DNA of 50,773 bases, counting the filler, from Perkinsus olseni (Eukaryota): NCBI GenBank assembly GCA_013115125.1. It is 2 parts of 2 records of this genome, joined end to end, with 100 filler letters (N's around TTAATTAATTAA, not from the genome) between each part and the next. Parts side by side here need not be neighbours in the genome. Positions count along the whole stretch, not along the records: positions 1 to 25,410 come from JABANN010000497.1; 1 more part is not named here. One strand, 5' to 3'. Below, piece after piece: positions 12,641 to 24,331 of this stretch (position 1 is the stretch's first letter; each line of letters starts with the position of its first letter). Under the pieces are notes generated by a model. It ran no database searches, was not told the origin of the DNA, and saw only the letters and a list, made by a program, of their open reading frames with translations. Position numbers and translations under genes: made by a program.

Positions 12641-13552
12641 TCCGAACGTTTGGACATGTTTTTTAGGGCAACATCGTTCAGTACCTCGGGGGGTTCTCAA
12701 CAAGATGCCAATATGGTACTCTGCTTTCCGTGAGCAGCAATATAACACAGCTAGCGACTAGCACTCAAGTCAATCACACATACATGGTAAAGATAAACAC
12801 GACTGTGATACACATTACAGTGATGAACATGATGCACATGATAAACACGCTAATGAAAAACTTGATAAAAATGAGCAAGCGGCTTTGATGATGGCCCGCA
12901 ATCAGATCGCACATCTTCAGCCGTTTATGTGGCAGCTTCGACAGCCTCCCAAAAAAGGCGGGAACCCCTAAGAATGTAGATACGTAACATCAAACGCTCC
13001 CGCTATGGACACAGGACTCATCATGGGCGTAAATTATGAATCTGTGACGAGAACCCCTAGAATAGTCTTGCTCTGCTGGTTATTCTGATGTCCACTATCC
13101 TGATGTCTGACTCTTCCAAGCACAGAGCTGTATGTCAGTCCTTGCTACGATCGACTACCGCAAATTAGCTTGTATGCAGTACGAGTTATCCATTTTCAGC
13201 GCGCAAGGCATTGGTAGGGCGTCCCTATGCCACTTATTAACCTTTCCGACTTCCCGTTACCTCGGGACTTCCATAAGTGTGAAAATAAGACGAATCCACA
13301 ATTTTAAAGAGAAGACGAATCGCTAGGAGCGATTCGCTCCAGCGGCTCCTCACTGAGGGGGAATTATTTTATGAACGATCTTCTTAATCATGAAACTTTC
13401 TCTATTCCCACTGACAATGTTAGTCATCATAGTGGGCCGCTGCAATGACTACCACGCAGAAAAAAACGCAGCTGCCGCGCCCAGTTCAACGCAAGTGGAG
13501 TTGAGCAAGGACACAACGATCATAAGCAGAACAATTACTATGCTCCACCCTC

Positions 13553-15787
13553 TCACCTATCAATGAGACTTTCTTTCCACGCGGTGGTCCTCACGTAGAA
13601 AAAATCTCGATTATACTCAGCCCACCTCGAATGATCATCAGGAGAGTGATGGAACCTACACGATGGAATAGCCACAGCCAACGCGCCAACCCAACCGAGC
13701 AGCTCAGCCATCGCTCGGATCCCACACTCAGCCGCAGTATTTCTAGCCAACTATATCAGTTTATGCGAATAACAATGAACGAGAATGGCTCCGTCGAAAC
13801 ATAGTAGAGTTTAACACAGGGATACTATATAGCCATGGGGACTTTTATATTTATTTTTCATACAGTAGCTTTATTAAAAATGCTATGAGTGCAATAGAGG
13901 GCAGCAATTCACCCAACACTTGTGAGCTGACGCTTTATCGCGGCACTTCTCCACGACTACACTGCTGCCGAAGAAAAAGCCCACTAGAACTGAGCACATC
14001 GGTGCGACCGATTCGGTGGAAGTTCAACTAAGACGCCTCCGGGATTGGCTTTTGATCTCGCACACACCACCATCCGCCATGCGATAGTTGATTGTCAACT
14101 TACGCCATATTCTCCATGATCATGATGGGCAAACCCCGAATGCCGCTAAGCGTTCCAAACTCTTGCGCGACGCAGCTCACCCGAGTGCCGTTGGTACTGA
14201 GACAAGGTCTCGTTCACGCGGGAAGAAAGATACCAAAAAACGCATCCGAGGTCGAAGCTTGCCTTCTGCGCGTTCAAAAGGTGCTAGCATCTCCTCGAGC
14301 CATATCGTATCCACTAACAACGTCGGCCCCGAGGCCTGGCTGCTCACGCCCTTCGACGGTGCCCGAACAGCGAGCGCCCACGCACTCTATGGGAGGGACA
14401 TCCGACGGACTTCGCGATTTCACCAACGTCGAGAAAAACTTGACCTGTGGCAAGGACGCTGATTTTCAGTAGAAACTCTCCTCGTGACTCACAGACTCGG
14501 AGTCGCTGGTGATGAGCGTATCCACTCCGCTAGGGCCGAGTCCAGTATGGGCGCCGATGATTGTGGCATCTCCTTCGAATATCTTCAGATCTGCGAATAC
14601 CTGCGGTGACGCTATTCAGCAACATACTGTACAAGACGGCGGCCGGCCCTACTTGTGTCAAAATCTCGTACGAGCGTTGCGGTTTTTGGCCACCGTAGAA
14701 CAGCCCGGAAGGTTTCCAGTACTGCCCGTTCACCACCGCGCGTTTAATGTAACTGGTACCGTACTTAGAGGTTTCCCTAAGATTCCAGCTGCTTGTACAA
14801 CACCAACGATATTCCCGACGAGTTGCTAGGGCTCAGCCCTTCAGGCAGCCATCAAGGTCTGAGAAATAATGTTCCTAAGGCCACGCCGAGACTAGGAAAG
14901 ATGTTCCTTATGAGCGATTATGATCATTAAAATCATGAAATTACCGGAAAACGTTGCTAGCCGTTCTGCAAGTCCAAAATTCGTTCTCACCGGGAACATT
15001 TCAAGTTTCATGATTTTATCTACCTCTTGACCTTACCAGTGTGCGCGACCTCACTCTACCATTTGACAGGGTCTAGCTAGGAAGCTCAGACGGTTTCCAA
15101 TTTACCCAAACGGCGAGCGCTTGAAAACTCAAAACGGAAGAGTGTTCCGCATGGCAGCTCCACCGTCTCACCGGGCCATTGTAATAGCCGATTTATAGAC
15201 AAGCGTTGGCACGGTCATCCTTCGGGGGTTGAATATGGGGTCCAAGTGGACGTATCTGTAAACCATGGATGTTCCGAGTGTTGGGAATGGCCTCCTCTCG
15301 TTCGTTAACAAGATAATCAAACTCGTGAGGCTCCAGCGCGTTCCTGTTCAGCTCGACATTCTCTTCATTAAATCTTCTGTAGTGCGCCATGCCGTAGGGA
15401 TTCACAGCATGGACAAAAACCTGACAGACATGCAAGTAAGAAAGGAAATCTACAATGATGGCGTCAGATTTCACCGCTCCCCGAAACGAAAGTCCCCCAA
15501 CCTTACCAAAGTTTTATCTATTTTTTTAAGGCGTCCCTCCTCCCTAGCCTGTCTTATCTGGTCCAGCAGGTAACACTGGATACCGGAGCCGCCGTAACCC
15601 TACACACCATGTACGCCAGATGTGTGCACGACACTCCCGCCTTTGGGCTCTTTCGTCGGTCGCAGGACAGCCACGTCCATGATGTACTCATCACCATACC
15701 CACTAGCGGGCACCACTTCGAATGACTTCAGCTCGAGACCGGCTTGGGTGGCTAGAGTCCTGAACTTGGTTCGAGCTACGTAGTAAC
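13553..15787 (-). pseudogene. DUF2817 / M14 zinc-carboxypeptidase-like gene, probably pseudogenised
   Basis: Exons give SYYVARTKFR, VVHTSGVHGV*GYGGSGIQ (TAG at 15602-15600), HAVNPYGMAHYRRFNEENVELNRN, GQYWKPSGLFYGG, HTGLGPSG, QEFGT and DFFYVRTTAWK. First and last exons not located. Confidence 0.75.
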
Positions 15788-17142
15788 TACGAAGACCAAC
15801 ACATTAGTTCAAGGAGAAGACGCGTGGGGAAAAGTTGGTTAGATGGGGGGAATAAGAGGTTTCCAGATGCCAAGATCGGGCGTTTATTTATATATGGGTG
15901 ACCCAAATCTTCACACTACTGCCGTTCCAGGGCCCGAAAATTGAGTTGCGTGTTACGGCAACACGTTAAGACCCGGAGGGTCATCACCTAGCCACAAGAG
16001 TATCCACACACAACACTTCACGAGGGTCTTGTGTGAGGCTACTGGCGAGTCATGAACAATCGTCACGGAAGTTTTTTATTAGAAGAGAACCGTCGTCGTT
16101 TCTGTTCCTGCCAGGCGATAGGCTAGAACAGGATGCATCGCCGAAGTCGATCTGTCGTTGGCAAGACACGTAACGGTCCACACCGCTATAATCACAGTGA
16201 AATGACGGATTATGATTTTACTAGAATACCATCATCTCCATAAAGAGCTCGAGTTCGATTGGCCACTACTTTTCGGAAAAGAAGCATTCCGGACGTGGTG
16301 GGGTACTGCTGTCTTCGGTATCGGGGCGGCGGTCACACAGAGGCGGGTGATAGCCGCAATGCGACAACGTGAGAGCGATGAGTAGGTGGATGAGGCGTAC
16401 AAGCATCGGAAATATGATGAGGGTAACTACAGCTCACACATGAGCGTAACACAGTGATATAGTGAACAGTGTTACATCGCCTTTTAAGGCTCAAATAGGG
16501 TCCTTCCCAGTGAAGACCCGGTATCCGCTGCAGAATCAGAGCCATGTCTCGTCTCTTACAGCGAGCGAGGACGCAGCAGAGGCGAAATGCGCGGGCCCCG
16601 ACCGAATTTGTCTGTCTTCGGTGGAAAGGTGAAGTGATGGAACTGCCGGATGGACGCTCCACCCATCTCTCGGAGGGATTCCCTCCTCTCCCCGAATGTA
16701 GAGGTAGGGCATTACAATTTGCTGACTCGGTCGGAAATGGACACGGAGTCCGGGAAATCCCATAGACGCCAGGGTTGGGAGAGGCACTGAAACCAGCCAA
16801 GCACGAACCTGTAGCCTGTATCCGGGTACCGCGCGTGTGTCCCACTGTTGTTAGGGAACCTACGCTCCACGATTTCCCCTCCAAGAAAACCTTGGCTCGT
16901 TTTCTCTACACAGTAATTTCTGGGGTATCCTACTGAATACTGACTGACAAGTTCTCATCGCCTGCTCAAGGTAAGAAGCTATCAGAGATAGCGGTGTCAT
17001 TTTACTGACTCTGTCAGTGACTATTCACACTCCCAACCTCGGCATCATGGAAGTTCCATTACTCCCAATCATGACCAGCCACACACAATATAGCGATAAC
17101 TGTATGCTTTGTAATGAGAACAAGCTGATTCGGTCGTCCATG

Positions 17143-17213
17143 TGTCACTAGTAGTGACATAAATAGCAGTGGAATTAGTCGTAGTGACTCACTACTACTA
17201 ACCTCACTGCTAT
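17143..17213. repeat. Long-palindrome scar (target GTCACTAC)
   Basis: Left GTCACTA-GTAGTGAC (17144-17158) and right GTAGTGAC-TCACTAC (17181-17195). The filler between them is an imperfect ~25-bp inverted copy of the right flank. Confidence 0.75.
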
Positions 17214-17846
17214 ACATTCATCCTCGAATTCATCACCTACATGGGACCTCTCTTGCGCGACACTTGACATCACATTTCAAGAATCGCAACGAGATATTTG
17301 ACATTTCACTCGTGCGTCGAACGCACTCCGGTCCAGTGACGCCGTTTGTTGCGAAGTGGCGCGAGCACCTCAATGCTCTGCATGATCTGATGAAGGTCAC
17401 TCTGGAGTTCCTCGATGCTCATCCTGGGCGGCAGATTACCCGGTTTTGCTGCTAACAGAAAAAGCAGCCGCCGCTAGGATGAAGATGAAGAACTGAAGAC
17501 ACCATGCAATGGTGACCATCGCGTGATACACAACGTTGGCTTGCACGCCTTCGAAGTGCTCGCGTCGTTTGCGATAGAAATGTTTGTTTATAAGTCGAGC
17601 AAAGAAATGCAAAAAGCCAAGCCGCCCGCAACAAGCGGGAAGAATATATTACTGAGCTGCTGGCAAATGTTGAGGAACGGTGTGTGGTATCCAGTAAGAC
17701 TAGAATGATCTCAGGAAAACAGTGAAGACTGTGGTTAGTAACAACAAGCTTATGCTGTAAACTTCCCGACCATCAAGCTCCGACGGAAATGGCAGCCGCG
17801 TTGCTGCTCGAAGTTCCGTGGCGAAAAAGCTCGCATCTATTCGCGC

Positions 17847-18767
17847 GTGCTGCGCATTAGGATCTTCGTCATAAACCTTCTCTGCGCGGCCCTGCTTCCG
17901 CCGGTCGTCTCTGCTATAAGCAGCCTCAACTCACGAAGCAGCCTTACCTTTGACGCATCTCAGCTTGAATATTGGTTACAGCCTGGATTCTGGCTGGAGG
18001 AGAGACGTGTGTTCCGACATGGAGCCTGGACAGTGGACGCGGTTTCGTGGGAGGGCTTAGTTCTTCATGCTCAGAAGGGCCAGGTGTGATTTGACCGTCT
18101 CTCCATAACTCATGGCGTAGCACTATCGGTCGTCAAGCGAACCCGTGTGTTTTTTAGAATGAAGTCGGCAAACTTGGATTCAGTCTAGTGAGCGTGCCAG
18201 ACTACGAAACGTGGCTTTATTTGTTTGGCCTTTTCGTGAAAGAGGAGTGGAGGAAAAAGGGAATTGCAACAGGGATGATAACGCAGCTGCTTGCATATGT
18301 GAGCGCTCTTGAGTTACCTCGCCGCGTAAGAACGTATTTTTCTAGATCATGAAGGAGCGCCCTGATGTCGTTGGTGCATACCTGGGAGTAGAACCATCAA
18401 ACGAAGCTGGCAAGCAGTTGTATGAGAAAACAGGTTTCGTTTATAAGGCGAGCGCAGCTATAATAAACGACGGTGAGTAGTCCGGTGAACTGACGGCTTC
18501 GGGAATACTTTAACAGAGGGTACTCCCAATACCGTTAGTCTAGTCCCGGGCAAGACCTGCCGCGCCGTAGTGCCTCAGAGATATATCTCAGGTAAACCTC
18601 TTCCCCTCGATGGATATGTTTTCAATTTCACTTCATCATCGGCTGCAAATTTACCGATGTACCAATCGGAGGATCTCTATCCGCACGGAATGCACCGGCT
18701 GCCCATGACCACTTACCCTCCGGATACAGCATTGTTCTTTGCTATGTTCGTCCCCAAGACTGAATAA
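17847..18767 (+). CDS. GNAT acetyltransferase with predicted signal peptide, paralog 1 (starts GTG; possibly a pseudogene)
   Basis: YLFGLFVKEEWRKKGIATGMITQLL (motif A) and AYLGVEPSNEAGKQLYEKTGF (motif B). Hydrophobic N-terminus. GTGCTGCGC here aligns with ATGCTGCGC of paralog 3. Confidence 0.75.
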
Positions 18768-18775
18768 CGTTGATC

Positions 18776-18890
18776 GATGATAATGATGATGTGATGATGT
18801 GATAATGTGATAATGATAATGATGATAATGATGATGTGATGATGTGATAATGTGATAATGATAATGATGATAATGATGATGTTTGTGATA
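18776..18890. repeat. Compound (ATG/ATA)n microsatellite with an internal duplication
   Basis: Runs of GATAAT/GATGAT/GATGT, with a block of about 42 bp repeated. Confidence 0.9.
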
Positions 18891-19698
18891 GTCAGGGCAA
18901 TACTTATTTGAAGTTGCTCAATGCTCAGCCAGTTCCCGGCGAAGATTCCATCCTTCTGAAGGATGAAGGGTTCCTTCAATCCTTCGCATCCCGATAGATG
19001 GTCTCTTTCGAAGCCGAATGCAATCGGGGGGCGCTATCACCTCCTTGACGTCCTCGGCTCAGTCGAGGAGCCCTTGGAACGACAAAGCTGTGCTGTCGAG
19101 GGTGCGAGTAGAAAGGCCCAGTTTCAACAACTCCACAGTCTCCACAGCAACTGCTCAATAACGCAAGGTCCGAGTTCTGCTGTCAAGAGCCGAATATCAA
19201 ACCATATTCGGCAGGCAAGCTCCGCCTGACTTTCAGACAGACTGTGACAGAGTACTCCTGGTGACTGTGAGTACTCCGGGAGGAAAACAGCGCTACTTTT
19301 ATGCCAACACTGCCGATATCCCTCTGACAGACAGAGTCCGTCAGAACGCTCGAGTCTCTGGATGTGAGTCTCAGATTCCATGTGCTGGCAACCTGATTAT
19401 GTGTGTATGAGTTTATAGTCCAACGCCGGTTGTTCCGCCTTAGTCAGACTCTTGCGAATGTGCACAGTTGGAGACTTTCTGTAGGATTGACATGCGGCGC
19501 AACCAGATAGATTGTCAAGAAGCTCTGACTATGAGCTCTGCGTTGTCTTGTTCAATAAGAGAATTTTTGTTATCGGAGAACACAGAAATCTGGCCGATTC
19601 AATCTGTTAATATAGCCGTGCTGAAATGAGAAGTACTGGAAGTGGTAAACCCGTCGGACTTCATATCGACTACGGTATTCGGAGTACGTGTCTGGGGT

Positions 19699-19720
19699 GC
19701 CAGGTAACCTGGCCCAGGTT
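19699..19720. repeat. 22-bp 7+8+7 scar (target GCCAGGTT, perfect)
   Basis: GCCAGGT-AACCTGGC-CCAGGTT. It is abutted by the odd palindrome CGCTAGTC-T-GACTAGCG (19721-19737), and a 32-bp imperfect palindrome lies at 19765-19796. Confidence 0.9.
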
Positions 19721-20244
19721 CGCTAGTCTGACTAGCGCACTGCAGCCGACCGGACTACAGACTGATGCCTCCTAGACTACTGTAGTTAGGAGGCATTGCT
19801 ACAGACCCCAAAAAGAATGTGACCTGATGGATTCTCGCAGACTAGCAGAACCGGCTACTTCCACGTGCATGAACTATAGTAGGGAGGGAGTAGAAGTTGA
19901 GAAATGCGAACAGTGCTACTTACAGTGCAGACCCTCCGGCATGCGAGTTGGTGCCACGGCCAGGATTCCGCAGAAGTAAGCCCGCGAGGTACATCGTGGA
20001 TAGCATCTATCCGATAGCTGCCCGACTTGCGAATTCCGCAGCGCGAAAAGAGCAGAATCGCTTCCGCGCGTCTTTCCGCGCTCTTTCGCGTACCGAATAA
20101 TTTCCGCATGGTGAGGGTCTACCAATGTGGAGTAACCCAGAATATGACTAACAGTAAGGCAAACGATACGCTGCGCATCCTGTGTTACTCCGCACCCATC
20201 TGCTCGTCATCATTCTTCCGCATGGTCCATGCAGTTGCTGAACC

Positions 20245-21073
20245 ATGAATGTCCGTATGAAACTCCCCAACCTGCTTCTCGCGGGGTTGCTCCCGTGGAT
20301 TGCCCAGTCCATAAGAAGCCTCAACCCCAACAGTCCTAGTCTGAACGCTTCCCAGCTTGAATATCGGTTCTTGCCTGCCATAGTTGGGGCTGACAGAGGC
20401 ATCCTCGAAGCCCTGGCTCCTATATCCAGGAAGGCAAATGTGATATATCCAGGCGGCTTAGCAGTCCTTCATTGCGTTGCGTTGTCGCTCGTCATGCCTA
20501 GCAGACGCGTCCATGAGTGTTTCAGGTAGTGGTTGCCTCCCTTGGATATGGTCTCGTGACTAGACCACAGCATGAAAGGTGGGTCTATATATTCGCTGTT
20601 CGTGTAGAGTTGGACTGGAGGGAAAGAGGAATCGCAACAGAAATGATCAAGCGGCTACTTGCATACGTGAGCTCTCCCGAGTCGTTTCCGCTCCCGAACT
20701 GGTAGCGGTGCCCAGATTAAAAGGGCATGGCCCCGAGTAACTGGTGCATACCTTGGAGTCTTGGAGGACAATGAACCGGCCAAGAGACTGTACGAGAGAA
20801 TAGGCTTCGCTCATAGAGGGGAAGTAAGCTCGCTCCACAAACGCTTGAATACAGGGAATTTACTGTGGCACGAAGTCCGTCTCAGTTCCTCCCCGTTAGG
20901 TATATATTCTGAATGAAACAACACTGACCTTTGGATACGTCTTTCCTTTCCATTCGTCACCGACTGACAATTTGCCGCAAGATTTAGTGCATCAAGGAGT
21001 GCCTTTGCCTCGCACCAACGACCTTGTCGGAAGATGCCTGTTCGATGTTCTGTTTGCTCATGACAGTAAGTGA
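20245..21073 (+). CDS. GNAT acetyltransferase with predicted signal peptide, paralog 2
   Basis: N-terminus MNVRMKLPNLLLAGLLPWIAQS; YIFAVRVELDWRERGIATEMIKRLL; AYLGVLEDNEPAKRLYERIGF. Intron positions are shared with the paralogs. TGA 21071-21073. Confidence 0.8.
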
Positions 21074-21704
21074 ATAGCTCTCAACATCTAATGTTGAGTC
21101 TCATGGCATTTCGAGTGTCGTGATGTCCTTGACAACAATGCTGATGATGAGGATGGTGCGACACCATTGGTGTTTATTGACAAGAGGATCACCCGTGTTG
21201 TGTGAAATACGAGTTAAACGCGAAATGAGTATTAAGGCCTTTAAACTAAAGGGATCAGAACGAGTACAGCGTTTGTACGTTGAACGCACACCGCCATAAT
21301 GAGTGACGGGTTGTAACGCGTGAGCGTGAACAGACAATCACACTCCTACCGGAACCAACCGCACACCGAAGAATCATGAAATGCTCCAAGCTAAGCTGCA
21401 GACTACCTACCAGTCTGTTGATGAACAAGGGAGTCTGAATCGAAGAAATGTCTACAAGCGCGAAAAAAAAACGCAATTCAGTTGATGGTTCCTGATGGCC
21501 GAGTTTCTTTATCCTGAAAGGACTTGCTAGCGTTCAGGGAGTTGATGAGGGTAGATCATTATTTGTCGGGTATTGTAGCGCTTGCTGCCTGGCATGGGCG
21601 CAGATTATGAAGCCCTGACAATGAGGTGTAAAGTCTCTTTCCCCCCTACCGGGTTGGGGGAAAAGGGACACCTGCGCAGGGTTGGGCCTACCCTGCGGTC
21701 CTCG

Positions 21705-21726
21705 GGACACTGAGTGTCCGACACTC
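21705..21726. repeat. 22-bp 7+8+7 scar (target GGACACTC, perfect)
   Basis: GGACACT-GAGTGTCC-GACACTC. Confidence 0.9.
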
Positions 21727-22123
21727 TGCAGGTGGCTGAAGTATCCTCCCGCTCGTACGTTAGTTCCGGTTTTTACTCGATAAGTGAAATCATTTTACAA
21801 AAATGTCATTAAGCATTCAATAACTGTATCACCTATAACTACGAATAAAGTACGGTTGTCGTGCTACTGTAATCAGTCTAACGATTGACGACTCATCAGC
21901 GCCCCAATTAAGCCTGACCGACTTCGAGTCGGCCAAGCGGAGGAGGACATCATGTCATAGGCTATGGCTGGTCTCGGAAACAGTAGCCTCGTTACCGCTC
22001 GAAGTGTCGCGGCGATACTTTACCCTCTCTTCGCGCGCCAGTGAACTTCCATGCGGGTTGGCATGCCCTTGGTTACAATGTTAACAACTTCCAGGCATAA
22101 GTTGTGCAGTTGTTGGTATCTTC

Positions 22124-23036
22124 ATGCTGCGCCCTAGCATACCTAGTCTCCTATGCGCTGGGCTGCTGCCGTGGATCGTCTCTAGTTTACGAAGGGCACA
22201 CCCCGAGAGCACACCAAGGAATATCACCATTGACCCTTTCCAACTCCACTACGAATTCTTGCCTAACACTTTTGGAGATCAAAGCAGTGTTATCTTTGAG
22301 GGTATGAAAATTTATGCCAAGATGACAGAGGTGATAGATCAAGACGGGTTCACGTCGCTCATAGCGTGGGACTCAGTCCCAGGGACTGCTGCCTACCAGT
22401 GGCGACGGACTGATCGGATCAGTCTGATCCTTGCGCATCTCAGGCTCAAGCCGCCTCTATTGGTTCTACTGAATTGACAGTCGCCACAGTTGGATTCATT
22501 CTGGTCAGCGTACCAAGGTATCCAACGTTGCTCCAAATACACGATGTTAATGTGACAAAAAACTGTCGGAGGAACGGAATTGCAACATATATGATTACAA
22601 GGCTACTTGCTTCCGTAAGTTGTCTGGTCCTCACATTCGAGAACCATAGTTTTCCAGATCAAGAAGGGGTGGCCCCAAGTCGCTGGAGCATACTTGGCAG
22701 TATGGCCTCCTAATGACCCAGCCAAGCGGGCGTACGAGAAGATAGGCTTCATTTACGTAAATAGTGCGGACATGATCAACAACGGTGAGTGATCAGGATC
22801 GTCAGCAAAGGCAGACTGCATGAGAATCATGGCAATGCCGGGGACTCCTCGTCGAGCCGTAGAGTGATATCTCAGGACAACCACTTCGTTTGGATGGATA
22901 TGTCTTTGATTTCAAATCGTCGGCGGCCGACAGGTTACCACAGGATGTAAATCCGGAGGGAATGGAGCTGCCGATAACAGCCTTCCCTGTGGATGACCAA
23001 TTGTTTTATACTATAATCGCGCCTCAGCAAGCGTGA
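22124..23036 (+). CDS. GNAT acetyltransferase with predicted signal peptide, paralog 3
   Basis: N-terminus MLRPSIPSLLCAGLLPWIVSS; QIHDVNVTKNCRRNGIATYMITRLL; AYLAVWPPNDPAKRAYEKIGF. TGA 23034-23036. Confidence 0.8.
22409..22430. repeat. 22-bp 7+8+7 scar (target ACTGATCC, perfect), in a predicted intron
   Basis: ACTGATC-GGATCAGT-CTGATCC. Confidence 0.9.
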
Positions 23037-23760
23037 GGGACTCTTCCCAGATGAGTCCTCATCATCAGCAATCAATGTCATTCCCTCCGGGATGGTGTTT
23101 GTTGTTGCCCGTAGAAGTAAATCTTTTGAGTTGCAGTAGAGCTATCCACGCATTGCGTGACACGCAGCCGGCACGTCCACCATGGGCCGCTGTTGTCGTG
23201 TCGCAGGCGCGCACGCCACTGTTTGTGAGATTGTCCTCTGCTAAGTTTAAGTGATTAACCATTGATCTGTTCATACGTTATTGAAATTCTCCTATCTCTG
23301 GATATTGTGTTTCCTGGATTACAGCCGACCATCTTCCACCCTCGGAGGGAAGACGCCCAAGACCCTTCGCATCCCTCTGAGACTAGTCGAACAAAAGTGA
23401 GGTGTTTGCTTAGACTCGGGAGCATTACCTTAGATTCTACAGCGTGCAAGATTGCTTCATGTGTGAACCAGATAAGGTACGAGCACTAGTGATACAATCG
23501 CGGCGAGTTTAACTTGCGCTAAGGGCGAACAGACTTGTTCGCTTAACCCATCCCTCCCACACCGAGCACAATAACCGGTTCGATCTGCAGACCGTGCTTC
23601 GTACCTTGATGTTTCGCCCTTCGCGGCAAGAGGATCATCGGATAGTCATCAACAGTGCGTGCGCAGTCACCAGACCCGGTTCTTCATGGACAAGCACTTG
23701 TCTTCACACCCGCGTGTCTCGAGTGTGGAAATTTAACGCATTTTTCGAACTATGGTGCAA

Positions 23761-23834
23761 TACTGGAACCGAGAATCGAACTCGGGACCTACTGCGTGTT
23801 AGGCAGTCGTCATAACCAACTAGACCATTCCAGC
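23761..23834 (-). tRNA. tRNA-Val(AAC)
   Basis: Full cloverleaf: acceptor GCTGGAA/TTCCAGT, anticodon arm ACTGC-CTAACAC-GCAGT, T-arm CCGAG-TTCGATT-CTCGG. Confidence 0.95.
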
Positions 23835-23934
23835 AAGCTGAAAAGACATCTCATTCCATGGTCCCGTTGAGCTCCGTGTTCTTAAACGCCCGTCTGTTAT
23901 ATAGCCCGTGCTCAGCATCAAGACACCTAAACGC

Positions 23935-24005
23935 GGGCTGAGTCGAGAATCGAACTCGAGACCTCTCGCACCCGAGCGAGAATCATACCACTAGGCCACA
24001 CAGCC
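23935..24005 (-). tRNA. tRNA-Pro(CGG)-like; 6-nt anticodon loop, so probably a pseudogene or a sequencing error
   Basis: GGCTGTGTGGCCTAGTGGTATGATTCTCGC-TCGGGT-GCGAGAGGTCTCGAGTTCGATTCTCGACTCAGCCC. The loop is one base short and the acceptor stem has a T:T mismatch. Confidence 0.75.
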
Positions 24006-24134
24006 ACAACGTAGTGTATATAGCAGGGGCTTCGGTGTCCCAGAACCAGTCGCTAGAAACCGTGCGCAATCGGAGACGCCGTAGCAACTCCAAAACGGCG
24101 CATGATCTAGCGCGTATTTCGAACGATGGTGCGA

Positions 24135-24208
24135 TACTGGAGCCAAGAGTCGAACTCGGGACCTACTGCTTGTGAGACAGTCGTAATAATCAGCTAGACC
24201 ATTCCAGA
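24135..24208 (-). pseudogene. Degenerate tRNA-Val copy (anticodon reads CAC)
   Basis: Aligns with 23761-23834 but the D-loop GG is lost and the stems carry several mismatches. Confidence 0.8.
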
Positions 24209-24259
24209 GATGGTCCCGGTGAGCTCCGTGATCTTTAATGCCCGTCTACTATATAGGCC

Positions 24260-24331
24260 GCGCTGAGTCGAGGACCGAACTCGAAACCTCGTGCACCCAA
24301 CGCGAGAATCATACCACTAGGCCACACAGCC
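24260..24331 (-). pseudogene. Degenerate tRNA-Pro copy (anticodon reads TGG)
   Basis: Aligns with 23935-24005. The anticodon stem and T-arm are disrupted. Confidence 0.8.
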
